Origin: the human T2T-CHM13v2.0 reference genome, Homo sapiens
Strand: one strand, 5' to 3'
DNA length: 64,000 bases
Assembly (NCBI RefSeq): GCF_009914755.1
Contig: NC_060937.1
Part shown: positions 14,806 to 31,739 of the stretch, one piece after another
How the letters are laid out: each line of letters starts with the position of its first letter
Numbering within the stretch: position 1 is the first letter of the stretch
Notes under the pieces: model-generated
Told to the model about the DNA's origin: nothing
Seen by the model: the letters and a program-made list of their open reading frames with translations, nothing else
The model's database searches: none
Program-made: the position numbers and the translations under genes

Positions 14806-17800
14806 ACTCACTATCTGCCTAAGTAATTTCTTCTTAACTCCTGTATCATTCCCCCCGCTGGAGTGGTAACTCTAACTGCTGTTAGGGGGTGTTGGACGAT
14901 GACTCTTTTGGCTACTTCCTGCTTAAGAGAGGCATTGTGTGGGGAACAACAGCTAGGGCTCCTCCTAGGATCAATCTAAAGGTCCTCAGCAGAAAGATGT
15001 GTCCATGCATTGTTCTGTCTACAGCACCATTTGGAGTTTGATTGCTGTCAGCCATTCCGATGGGTTGTAATACTGGTTTGCCTCCACCAGATGTTGCTGA
15101 AACACTAATATAAATGGAACATTCCTTTTGGGATAAGTAGCATTGGATTTGGATGGCTAGAGTAACTTCAGTGTTAACCCTGGCTAAATCTTTTCTGCAA
15201 TTATTAATCCCTCCATGACTTACACAGACCATCTAAGACATGCTTAAACTTTCCTACTTGTCCTAAACATCCTTCTTTTTAAACAACCAAAGATTCTTTT
15301 TAGGACAAGTGTTTACCATCCATAAAATCATTTTATGACTTCCCCAAACCATCCACAAAATGCTTAAACCTTCTGACTTGTCCTGAACATCCCTCTTTTA
15401 AACAACCAACTATTCTCTTTAGGACAAGTACTTACTATACAAGATCCTTTCTTATATAAAATCTCTTTCCTTTATAACCTTATTTGCATAGCCAGGGTGT
15501 GACATGTTACCAAACCCAATAAAGTTCTAGCAGACTCAGTGATAGTAAAATTTTTATGCTTCTTTTTTGTTGGTAACTATTATTCCTGCTATCAGGATAA
15601 TAATTACACAAAATACTATAGCAATGGAAACTCTCTGTCTGATATTCCAGTTAGAAGGTGGTAACGTGTATAACCCTACTGCAAATAGTAGAGTGAGTAT
15701 AGCAGTTCCCGCAAGTGTTGTGTAGTACATAATTTCCATCTAAAATTTTACTTGCTAAGATACAGAATTTCCTTTTGTGGTTCTATGAAGATCCTTAGTT
15801 TTATCTTCCCAAATGAACCTCTGGGTTATGGGCACCCTACTCACTTTCATTACCTGACAGAATTTGCAGGATAATTGTCCAGAACTAGGATATTGATCCA
15901 GATTTTTACATTACCCATGCCTTTTTGTTTCTTCCAAGCTGCAAGAGATCACCACTTGATTCACAGGAATAAGCAGGGTTAGTCTAAAATGTCAACAAAA
16001 TAAACTAAAAAACAATTAATGAGACTGGAATTTAATGACAAATGTATAAGCTTTGGATCATAATTTTTCTCTCTCTAGTCCTTATTTTTGGTAAAAACAA
16101 ATTATGATAGGACTGTGTTTTTTGTAGAATAAACTTTAGTCTTATACTTGGCCTGATTATTTGCATAAAGTGCAGCAAGAATGATTATTTCTATATAGGC
16201 CTTTTGGATTGTCTTTGATGGAACTCTGTTCCACAAGGAACCTCAGATAAGATCTTTTAAAGCTGAGCTCAGCCATGGGTTTGTATCTTCAAATACCTGT
16301 GAGTTGGGTGATCTTCTCCTCTAAAGGCCCCAGGATAAACCAGGAGCTCCTGGTCCTGTTAGAAAGTGACATTCTTTACTGACCACAGGTCAGGAACCTT
16401 GTACAGGATTATATATATAGGTATGAGGCCAGTTCTCTCCATGGGAATTTTATTGTCTCTACAAGTTGAGATTGACTCCTTAAAGGGAAGCATATCCTTC
16501 CAGTCAAAGCCTTGATAAAATAACCGGTTTTTCTAATTGTGTCCTGTTGCAAAAGGAAAATGGATTCTTATTGAACTGATGCAAACTACTATATTGTGAT
16601 AACTTAAGAGTACTCAGAGATAGTTTTGAAATTCTAGAGGAACCAGGCAGAGAGAAACAAACATGCTCCAAACTTTGTTCACAGAATACCTTATTCAATT
16701 ATTAAAGGCTGTAAATCGTTCAAAATAAGTTTCCTTGACTCTGAAAGACAAACAAGGATCATCAATATTCTAAGAAAAATAAAAAAGGTTCCTTTAGCTT
16801 TCTGAGTTTAGTCCATTTAGTTAACTTCTGTTTTGCTTGATACTTGTGAACATTTCAGTTCTTCATGAGTCCTGTACCTTTTTCTCTATTCCAGTGTTAC
16901 AATCTTCAAAGCTATTAGAATCCTGCATTTGAGAGCACCTGTTAAAGTTGTATAGCTTGATTGTAACCCATCTTTTGAGAAGGAACAGAGCAAGACAAGA
17001 ATTGTCTGCAAATGACATTTCCAGGGTAGTTACAGTTAAAAACATGACTGATAAAGTTTAGTTATCTGTGGTTTACAATAACTTGACAACCTTAATTATG
17101 ATTAATAGGATATAATTAGACATTCGACTTTTAGAAATTCCATACAATATTGGAACATATATTAGTATTATTCACCAAAATATAACTTAAAGAAGATTGC
17201 ACATCATTTCGGAAATCCAATGTGACTAAACATGCCAAACAATCCTGTTTATCTCTTCTCTGGATGTTTCAGGGGCCCTCTGAACCATCCAGAAAGCAAG
17301 GTATCCGGAAAGAAAATTTTGAAACTTGAAGTTTGATTTTGGGAAGGCTGCTAAATGTTGGAGGACTTAAAACACTTGATGTTATGAAATAGAATTCCAT
17401 ATTGCTACAAATTATTTATTTTGCCAAAATGATAACTCAAAAGGCAAAAGCCTTTCATTAGCCTTTACTATTACATGAAAATCCTGTTGAAAGCCAAATT
17501 GTACCCTTGCATCAGTTTATTAATGTTAACCCCAATTGGTTTAAATGAAACCTTATAGACGATTCCATCTAATCTTAACCAGTTTGACCATAAATGAAAT
17601 CTTTACAAACCTTTTATAATGCTTTTTGCTAAAGGGCAGATTGGCATCAGAAGAAAACCTTGCTGTGCTTTTATTTCAATGCTCAATTTATGAAAAGATC
17701 ATATACTTTTTTGAATTTAGTTAATGTTTGTGTGTTTTTGCAAGATTAATTTTAAAAATTTTAGAATTTTTTAAATCTTTTTATAATTTGCTTAATTACC

Positions 17801-18300
17801 TCTAGGTTTATCTTATCAAATCTGAGATAATCACTCATCCCTGGGCAAAATTTACATTTTCATGCTTTCTGATAATCTTTTACTAAAAAAAGTTACTGTT
17901 TTTATACACCTTGCTTGTAAAACTGTTTAGTGATCTCAAATACATGTTGCAATGTAAACTCTTAGCAACTTTTACTTTTGGTGAAAAACCTGGTTAGTAA
18001 GCAGTTTTAATTGTGTACCAGGTATGGAGCCTAGGACCCAGACAGAAGTGCAGATAAGGTCTGACTTTCCAGCATCTAACTCCATATGTCCCAGGACTTG
18101 CCTGTCTGTAAAGCAGGCAGTTTACAACCTTAAAACATTTAGCAAACCTAGTATCTGACTTGTATGATTTAGACCACATATTTGCATTTTGATGACACTT
18201 GCATTTTACCATCCTTAAGACATTTTGTTTCTTAAATATTAAAGTCACATGAACTAAAAAGCATTACAGCTTTTATCTTTCCTTAAAAAAATATTTGATT
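14806..18300 (-). mobile_element. ERV1 (MER61/LTR9, MER4-group-like) internal region with PPT and ~40 bp of 3' LTR
   Basis: Minus strand AGCGGGGGGAA (PPT, 14849-14859) then TGATACAGGAGTTAAGAAGAAATTACTTAGGCAGATAG starting at 14848; AT-rich non-coding interior. Confidence 0.7.
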
Positions 18301-22380
<4,080 letters not shown>

Positions 22381-22389
22381 ATATTTCTT

Positions 22390-22730
22390 GTGAAAAAAGT
22401 TTAGAAAAGTCACTAAGCAAACTGATCACTGTAACCTTCATCAAGTTAACAGTGGTGATCCTTGGGGAGGAGGCACAATCTGACTTTCAGTTACCTAATT
22501 ACAGGATTCAAAATGTCCACTTCCCAACAAAAAATTACAAAGCCTACAAAAGGCAGGAAAATTTAGCCCATTCACAAGAAAAAGAGAAATCCATAGAAAC
22601 CACACCTCAAATAGCCCATGCATTGGACTTAACTAGAGAAAGACTTTAAATGGACTGTCTTATATATGCTCAAAGGTCTGAGAGAAACCATTGACAAAGA
22701 ACTAAAGAAATCAGGAAAACAATGTATAAA
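22390..22730 (+). mobile_element. Old L1M 5'/ORF1-region fragment
   Basis: aaaggcaggaaaatttagcccattcacaagaaaaag...agaaagactttaaa...atatgctcaaag pattern. Confidence 0.55.
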
Positions 22731-23429
22731 CATGTTAACTATTAGATGTATAAAAGTTAAAGTTTTGTTTTTCTCAGCTGGCTTTGGTTCAAGAAATTTC
22801 TTCGTAGGATATGTTTATACTCCTTAAGTGGTTCTTGAATTCTATTCAGGTCTAGATTTTTAAAAGAGATTTGGATTCTGGCATTTGTAAAGTAGATTTT
22901 CTTATTGGGGTATAGCTGTCAAAGCATCATAGATAGTATTGCTAATGAATATAGCTAGAATACTCAAGTACTAGTTTAAAAAAAAAAGCTCCTGGGGGGT
23001 ATCATTTTGTTAGCTTCAATAGTTTACATTTTTGGAGAGGTGCTGTATGAATTACATTTCCCTTCTAGTATGGAGAAGTATCAAAAAATTTCCATTTTTT
23101 ACCATGAAAAATTTTCATTAAGTAGTTTTCTCCTCACTGTCTATATTATTTTCAAAGGCCATACTCTAACATATCATAAAATTTATTTTTTGTGTGTTGC
23201 TTTTGCAGTGTTACTTGTGAGGTCAGAGAATACTCAAGGCACAACCCCACATATCATACAGATTCTTCCTTGCCTCTTGTAAAAAATCAGCAAGAGAATG
23301 TTGTATTAGAATGACATTTTTACATAAGTATGGGATGTAATTTTTAGTTAAAAGACAGTAAGTAGTTAAAAGTTTATGCCTTGCCTTATCTGTGGGCTAT
23401 CAGCCAGCTTTTCTCTTTATTCCTTCCAG

Positions 23430-23586
23430 GTTGATGAGAAAGCTCTGAAGCACATAACGGAAATGGGCTTCAGTAAGGAAGCATCGAGGCAAGCTCTTAT
23501 GGATAATGGCAACAACTTAGAAGCAGCACTGAACGTACTTCTTACAAGCAATAAACAGAAACCTGTTATGGGTCCTCCTCTGAGAG
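23430..23586 (+). CDS. TDRD3: TDRD3 exon encoding the UBA domain, 157 nt
   Basis: ttccttccAG acceptor, GT at 23587; [38 protein letters not shown] contains the UBA MGF loop. Confidence 0.96.
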
Positions 23587-24296
23587 GTATAATTTATTAA
23601 GCAGTGTGCCAGATAGTATTGTTTGCTTTTCAGAGTAATATATGTTATTGACAGAGGCTGTTATTTCTGTGAGGGCTGTAATTTTGTTTAACATTATGGT
23701 AAGTGGAAGGAACACCAGTTTGGGAACCATAGAGACATTTGTAGTCTCAGTCTCATTGTCTTCATCTTTGTACAAAATGGATCTAACAACAACAACAAAA
23801 CAAAAACAAAATGGGTCTAACAATACCTTATTTAACAAGGTTGTTATGAGTAATAGAGAAAATATGTGACTGGTTCTATTATTTCTAGAACTCTGCCACC
23901 TCAGTAAATGACTAAGCTTTTAAAAATTAACAAAAATATTACATTTACTTGGTGTTATTCTTTAATCATTGCATGGTCAAGTTTCTTATGTGGTCCCAGT
24001 CCTATATTCTTTTAAAAATATCTGTGGTTAAAGAATAAATTATAATTTTTCCTTAAAAGTTAGTTTATATGAACAAATTCGGACTTCTGAATAGATCATT
24101 TATTTAGAGGATTAAATATGCTACTTAATATAATTACTTAAAAACCTAAAAAAATTACTTAAAAGATGTAGACTATACAAAAAATATGAAAAGAAATTAA
24201 AATCCTTATTTAAAATTATTGTTGGTTATATATTAGTATATATTCTCTTTTTGTTTTTGCATATACAGTACATATTTCTTGCTTTTGCATCTAAAG

Positions 24297-24422
24297 GTAG
24301 AGGAAAAGGCAGGGGGCGAATAAGATCTGAAGATGAAGAGGACCTGGGAAATGCAAGGCCATCAGCACCAAGCACATTATTTGATTTCTTGGAATCTAAA
24401 ATGGGAACTTTGAATGTGGAAG
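24297..24422 (+). CDS. TDRD3: TDRD3 exon, 126 nt, phase 1-1, RG-rich ([16 protein letters not shown]...[13 protein letters not shown])
   Basis: AG at 24295-24296, GTAAG donor at 24423; phases match the neighbouring exons. Confidence 0.94.
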
Positions 24423-25174
24423 GTAAGCTAATTTAAAGTTGATTCCTTTTTTTTTCTTTCTTTTCTTTCTTTTTTTTTTTTTTTAGCGTATTTCTTTTTA
24501 AAAGACCAAACTTTATTTAGAATTGTAGTGTAAAACAACTATAATATGAACGTATATCCTGAGTGTTTGTTTATAAATTTACTTAATCTGAAAACATAAT
24601 GGCAGCTTATTTTGCCCCCTAACTGGGATTAGTAATCTCACCAAACCAGTTTTCCCAAATTTGCTCATATCTAGATGACAGATATAACTGTGTAAACAGG
24701 TTGTTGTGTTGGAAATTTATTATAATCTTATATAACTTATTTTGCTTGTGAAATTGATATATCTCTTCTTTCTCCCCATATTACATAGTTTGAAAATGTT
24801 CACACAATGAGTGAAAATGCTTTCACAATGTGGTATATTTTTTATATACTTTAGTGATTACTATATTGAAAAGAGAAGTAAGTATGGTAAATATGCAGCC
24901 TTTTTCTAAGCACATAATATAGTAAATATTTTCTAAAATGGTAAGTTTTCAAAATACAATCCAAAAAGTTAAGGAAATATACTTTTAAATTCAGTTTCTC
25001 ATTCAGATATATTTTGAATCTAGCCAAATAAGCTCAGAGATAAAATGCTTTTATAACAAATATGAAATGTTCAGATTTCATAAAAATTGAAGCATGTTTG
25101 CTAGATTATATAGAAAAGGCAGTGTAGCATTTGAGAAAACAAATGTTTGATGTGGGCAAGATTTATAAGCATGA

Positions 25175-25565
25175 TGTATTAGTTTTCTATTTCTGTGTAA
25201 CAAATTACCACAAAGTCAGTGGCTTAAAACAATGCAACTTTATTACCTTATAGTTTCTTTGTGTCAGGAGTCTAGGCACAGCTTCATTGGGGCCTCTGTT
25301 TAAAGTCTCAGATGCTGATGTTAAGATTTTGGTTGGAGCGGTGATGTTATCAGAGACTTGAGTTCCTCTTACAGGCTCACCCATTCTAGCAGAATTCATT
25401 TTCTTGTGGAAATGAAGTCCCGTTTTTTGCTTGGTGTTGCCTGGAGACTGCTTTATCTCCTAAAAGCTGCCTTCAGATTATTGCCACATGGGCCACCCCA
25501 TAGGCAATTTACATATTGTTTGCTCTGCAAAGCCAGCAGGAGAGTCTCTGCTGCTGCTTCAGATC
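25175..25565 (-). mobile_element. MLT1-type MaLR LTR fragment
   Basis: tgtattagttttctatttctgtgtaacaaattaccacaaa...ggcttaaaacaa. Confidence 0.75.
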
Positions 25566-25687
25566 TTTCTTTTTCCTGACTCTGACTTAATGAGTACTTT
25601 TGTCCCAGCCTCTCTTCATACTGTCCCACTGAGAGATCCTTTGATTTCCTTTCATCCTCCTGTCCCCTTACATTTGCTTTTGACTCC

Positions 25688-27173
25688 TGTATTAGTTTGT
25701 TTTCATGCTGCTGATGAAGATATACCTGAGACTAGGTAACTTATACAGGAAAAAGAGTGTATTGGATTTACAGTTCCACGTGGCTGGGGAAGCCTCACAA
25801 TCACGGTGGAAGGCAAGGAGGAACAAGTCACTTATTATGTAGGTGGCAGGAGGCAAAGGGAGAGCTTGTGGAGAGAAACCCTTATAAAGCCATCAGATCT
25901 TGTGAGACTTATTCACTGTCACGAGAACAGCACAGGAAAGACCTGCCCCCATGATTTACTTACCTCCCACTGGGTCCCTCCCACAACATGTGGGCATTCA
26001 AGATGAGATTTGGGTGGGGACACAGCCAAACCATATCGTTCCACCCCCAGCCCCTCCCAAATATCATGTCCTCACATTTCAAAACCAATCATGCCTTCGC
26101 AACAGTCCGCCAAAGTCTTAACTCATTTCAGCATTAACTTAAAAGTCCACAGTCCAAAGTCTCATCTGAGACAAGGCAAATCTCTTCTGCCTAAGAGCCT
26201 GAAAAATCAAAAGCAAGTTAGTTACTTCCTAGATACAATGGGGGTACAGGCATTAGGTAAATATAGCCATTCCAAATGGGAGAAATTGGCCAAAACAAAG
26301 GGGCTACAGGCCCCATGCAAGTCCGAAATCCAGCATGTTAGTCAAATCTTAAAAGCTCCAAAATGATCTCCTTTGACTCCATGTCTCACATCTAGGTTAT
26401 ACGGATGAAAGAGGAGAGCTCCCATGGTCTTGGGCAGCTCTGCCTCTGTGACTTTGCAGGATACAGCCTCCCTCCCAGCTGCTTTAATGGGCTGGCGAGG
26501 AGTGTCTGTGGCTTTTCCAGGTAAATGGTGCAAGCTGTTGGTGGATCTACCATTCTAGGGTCTGGAGGATGGTGGCCCTCTTCTTATAGCTCCACTGAGC
26601 AGTGCCCAGTGGTGAACTCTGTGTGGGGACTCTGACTCCACATTTCCCTTCTGCACTGCCCTAGCAGAGGTTCTCTTTGAAGGGCCCGCCCCTGCAGCAA
26701 ACTTCTGCCTTGGCATTCAGGCATTTTCATATATCCTCTGAAATCTGGGTGGAGGTTCCCAATCCCCAATTCTTAACTTCTGTGCACTCATAGGCTCAAC
26801 ATCATGTGGAAGCTGCCAAGGCTTGAGGCATGCACCATCTGCAGTCACGGCCCCAGCTCTACATTGGTCCCTTTCAGCAATGGCTAGAGTGCCTGGGATG
26901 CAGGGCACCAAGTCCCTAGGCTGCACATAGCATGGGGACCCTGGGCCCAGCCCATGAAACCATTTTTTCCTCCTAGGCCTCCTGGCTTGTGATGGGAGGG
27001 GTTCCATGAAGACCTCTGACATGCCCTGAAGACATTTTCCCCATTGTCTTGGGGATTAACATTCAGCTCCTTGTTACTTACGCATATTTTTGCAGCTGAC
27101 TTGGATTTCTCAGAAAATGGGATTTTCTTTTCTATCACATTGTCAGTCTGCAAATTTTCCAGACTTTTATGCT
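25688..27173 (-). mobile_element. THE1 MaLR: 3' LTR (25688-26038) plus 3' part of internal region
   Basis: tgtattagtttgttttcatgctgctgat LTR end; PPT-like ttccaccccc after the LTR; THE1-int text. Confidence 0.9.
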
Positions 27174-27216
27174 ATATTTTCCCATAACTTCATGATTTAG
27201 GAGACACTATAGAAGT

Positions 27217-28027
27217 TGATATGGTTTGGCTGTGTCCCCACCCAAATCTCATCTTGAATTCCCACATGTTGTGGGAGGCACTCGGTGAGAGGTAATTGAA
27301 TCATGAGGGCAAGTCTTTCCCGAGATGTTCTTGTGATAGTGTAAGTCTCATGAGATCTGATGGCTTTATAAAGTGGAATTTCCCTGAACAAGCTCTCTCT
27401 TGGCCTGCTGCCATCCACATAAGATGTGACTTGCTCCTCCTTGCCTTCTGCCATGATTGTGAGGCTTCCCTAGTCATGTGGAACTATAAGTCCCATAAAC
27501 TCTTTTTCCTGTATAAATTACCCAGTCTCAGGTATGTCTTTATCAGCAGCAAGAAAATGAACTAATATAGTAAATTGGTACCAGCAGAGTAGGGTGCTGC
27601 AGAAAAGATAACCCGAAAATGTGGAAGTGACTTGGGAACTGGGTAACAGGCAGAGGTTGGAATGGTTTGGAGGGCTTAGAAGAAGACAAGAAAATGTGGG
27701 AAAGTTTGGAACTCCCTAGAGACTTGTTGAATGGCTTTGAACAAAATGCTGATAATGATATGGACAATGAAATCCAGGCTGAGGTGGTCTCAGATGGAGA
27801 TGAGGAATTTGTTGGGAACTGGAGCAAAGGTGTTATGTTTTAGCAAAGAGACTGGCAGCATTTTGCCTCTGCCCTAGTGATTTGTGGAACTTTAAACTTG
27901 AGAGAGATGATTTAGGGTATCTGGCAGAAGAAATTTCTAAGCAGCAAAGCATTCAAGATGTGACCTGGTTGCTGTTAAAGGCATTCAGTTTTAAAGGGAA
28001 AACACATGATAAAAGTTTGGAAAATTT
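27217..28027 (+). mobile_element. THE1 MaLR: 5' LTR (27217-27568) plus 5' part of internal region, opposite orientation
   Basis: tgatatggtttggctgtgtccccacccaaatctc start; gtaaattggtaccagcagag internal start. Confidence 0.9.
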
Positions 28028-31000
28028 ATGTTTGGGTTCTCAGGGACACCTGCTCCTTGGATGAGCACCATGACCTTGGCTCACAGTCTTGCCTTCAAGG
28101 TTTAGTAACTTTGTTGGGGGCCTATCACACTACATACAGGAAGCAAAATTTTTAATCTCTCCTAGATGTACTGTGTGGGGAGGGCACACTGACAGATTCA
28201 GGAAATGGGCAGAAGGCTTCTTAGGGGAGATGACATCTAGTTAAGACTGAGGGGAAGTGTTGGGGCAGTCCAAGTGGAGGGAGCACTATGTATACAGGCA
28301 TGGAGGCATCAGAGCACCAATTCCCTGTGCCTGGGAATGTATGGTAGAGGTAGTGCTGTGAGGAGAGACATGGAATTGGTAGGCTAGAGCCAGATCACAA
28401 GGATTTTGTCCTAAGGAGTTTTAATTCTGTCCGAATGTGATACAAAGGCATTAAAGGGTTTTTGGCATAAGAGCCATGAGGTTTATTTTGGTGCTTTAAG
28501 AAAAAATTTCCTGTCTGCAAAAGGAAAATAGGGTAAGATGGGATTGAGATTGAAAACAGACAATAGTTGTATGTGTTGTGGGGAATTATTCATTCAATAA
28601 ATGCAGTATTTTATTTAGTATTTAAAATACCTCATTCAGAAAACACAGGGAAGTAGATTGATTTTGTACCTCTTGTCCCAAAGAAGCTCACTGTCTAGTG
28701 TGTGAGACAGAAGAAGTCATAAACTAAAGGGACATAGGAATGCTTACTTTCAAAGGATTTCATCATTTACTTAATGTAAAACAAAACAGTACTGAGCAAA
28801 ATATAAGTGCTTAGCAGAAGTTATTTTGAAAACAGTAATCAGATTTGATCTGGTATATTTGTAACCTGTAATAATATTTAGTCTTTTATTTCAAAGTTTT
28901 ATTGCCAAAATAAGACCTACCCATTGTTTCGAATGGCTACTAAATACTTTAATCAGGCAGACTTGAAAACACTATTTGGTTTGCTATTTCATTGTTTTAA
29001 AGGTTTACCTTACCAGGACCTGATTGCACCATTACTAGTAGCTTTTCTGACCCTAAACTCTCTTTGATGATGTTGGCCTCACACAGAAGAGATTCATGAT
29101 AACACACATAAGTACAAATAGCTAGACGATAAAGTGATACACACACACATATATATATGGAAGATTATTTTGCCTGTAGCTATTTCTTATATTCTCTTGG
29201 TTCTGTCTTCATGGGTACAATGAAGATAACAGGATTGATGGGAAAGCTGTGTGTTGGTTGCCCTCAGGTATCTTTAGCAGGTATCGTTGTGTTACTTTCT
29301 CTTGTTGACCTGCTCACACTACTCAGTGCCAGTATTCTTAGGTGAGCTGGGGTATATTGTAAAATAAACAAACAAACACAAAAACAGTTGAGGCAAGCTA
29401 CTGAATTGTTTTTCAGCTCATTTTAAGATAGCATGTATTTTTAATTGGAGTTAAAGCCCAGAGTAAATTTTTACTTTTATAAAGTTGAATCTCCACTTTG
29501 GTGGAAAATTTGGTTATTTTCTGTAAATCTCTTGTTCTAAAATTAACTTCATTGATGGGAGAAAATGTTGGACATTTTTCTAAGATAAATCTAGAAAGTG
29601 TTTCAGGATAACATCTTCATAATGTTTAATGGTTAAATGCATTATGGACAGCTAATGAAGAGAGTTAAGATCTTATTTATGTTCATATTAGCAGCATCAT
29701 TTATTTGGGTCTGTTATAGACTCAAGTTGACATTACAAAGAAGTAATTGTGATTCAGTGATATGCATATATTTAGGGTTTAAAAAGTTTGTTTTTCTAAT
29801 ACAGTTGCATAATCAAACCTTTCTTGCTTCTGTGTTTTGTATCAGCATAAGCTGTCTGAGGATTTTGTTTAGTTTTAGTACCTCTAGAAGTCAGAATTTA
29901 GCGCAGTAAGCCTTGGCTTGGATGGACTTGTTATGTCATATCAGATTCTGGACAGTAATTTGTCAGGCTGGTTGGAAAAAAATATATATTCTGATTTTTA
30001 AAAGTTTCATTAGAAATAATTGATTATCACATTTACTTTTCTTAGAAATTTTTCTCAGCATTGACTTTTTGTTGTTATATCTTTAAATTGGAATAAAACA
30101 TAATTCTAGTTGACGTTTTTATTAATATTCTGAAAAAAGTGAGGTTGGATTGCATTGTTTTCTGTTATCTAATGAAAAGGACAGTGTACTGGAGCAGATA
30201 CATACAACTAATTCCACCACTAAACTCACAGCTCTTGTATACTAGTTGTATGTCTTTGGGCAAGATATAGAACTATTAACCTTAATTTTCTCATCAGGAA
30301 ATGGAGAAGTAGTGACAGCACCTATTGTAGGGCTACAAGGTCGTTGGGAAGATCAAATTAGATAATGTATATGAAGTGCTAAGCCTAGTGCTTGGCATCA
30401 GCAACAGCAGCAGATGCAACAGCATCCTCCACTCACCATGTATCATTTCCACCTTCACTGCCCTACTTCAGGCCTTCATCAAGGCTTTCATCGGCTTTCA
30501 CTGTTTTTTGCAGAACCTTATGATCCCATTCTGCATATTGTGGTCAGTGACCTTTCAAACCACAAATTTGATCACACTACCTGCTGGCTTAAAATGCTCC
30601 ATTGACTCTTCTCATTGGCAGGATAAAATTCAGACTACATTATTTATATTGTTTTTATGGTGTTCCATTATTTTTATTTTCTGTGGATTTTGTGAGAATT
30701 AGTATTTATATTGGTTAACAGAATATATAGATGTAAATAATCTGTTTAGATATTAGCAGATATAAAGATACATTAATGGTTGATGGGCACTTCACATCAA
30801 GTTGCAGATCTTTGATAGTTCATGGAAGGTGTCTTTTTGGCTTTGTTTTTGCTTTTTTTTTTTATTCAAGTTTCAGGTCACTTTGGATAGTTTGCCTTGT
30901 AGATTTACTGCTTGAACTTTGAAGACTGAAGAATAGGGACCTCACAAAGGGAATGTAATATAATGGTAATAGCTTAATTGGAAAGGAAGGAAACTAGGCC

Positions 31001-31739
31001 GAGACAAGAGAGAATGTGTATATATTAGGCTAGATGTTATTGTGAGGGATTTCCTCAAGAATCATCTATGTATTGACTATTATGTATATTTATATCTTAT
31101 TGCATCAAACAGCATTACTACATATTGATGGAAATCTATGGTAGAGTGCCTGTTTGGAAACCAGGGATAAATGGTTGCTATGTGAGTAAAGTCATCAACT
31201 GCCAGCACAGCAGAAAGCAGAAGAAATGTGTAGCTATCTACCCACAGCCTATCACTTTCTTTCTATTCCTAGCCATCTCTATGGGCTTCCCAGCCCTTGA
31301 ATTTTTCTTCCTGTAAAGCTGATTCCTTTTTACCATTCCATTCGTTTTGAAGTGCAAATGTACCCCAAATTTCTAGATAGTACTTTAAGCTTAACTTGAA
31401 TTAATTATTTCCAATTCTATTTGTGGACAACTTGTTACCTTTAATAGTTAATAGTCTGTGCCAGAGCCACTTAGTATCTAGTCAACAAAAAAGTACAGAT
31501 TCAGTGCTGAAATTGAGAGTGTTTAGAAACCGCTTTAGCAATTTGACAGTACCTAAACATTTGTTACTGCATTTTACAAAAGTAACAGTCAGCAGCAGAT
31601 TGGAAATTAAAACCAGAACCTGCAGCTAAAACAAAAACCCTGGTCTTTCACTACAGTAAGTTTGAAATGTTCTGGTTTATGTTGTTAGGACATTGCAGTC
31701 TCTGGATTTACCTGCATTCTGACAGCATGATAGCTTTTG

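Noticed and set aside
14912-15232. 106-aa minus-strand ORF in the ERV1 region
   Set aside because: Lies where a decayed env tail is expected, just before the PPT; no recognisable intact domain.
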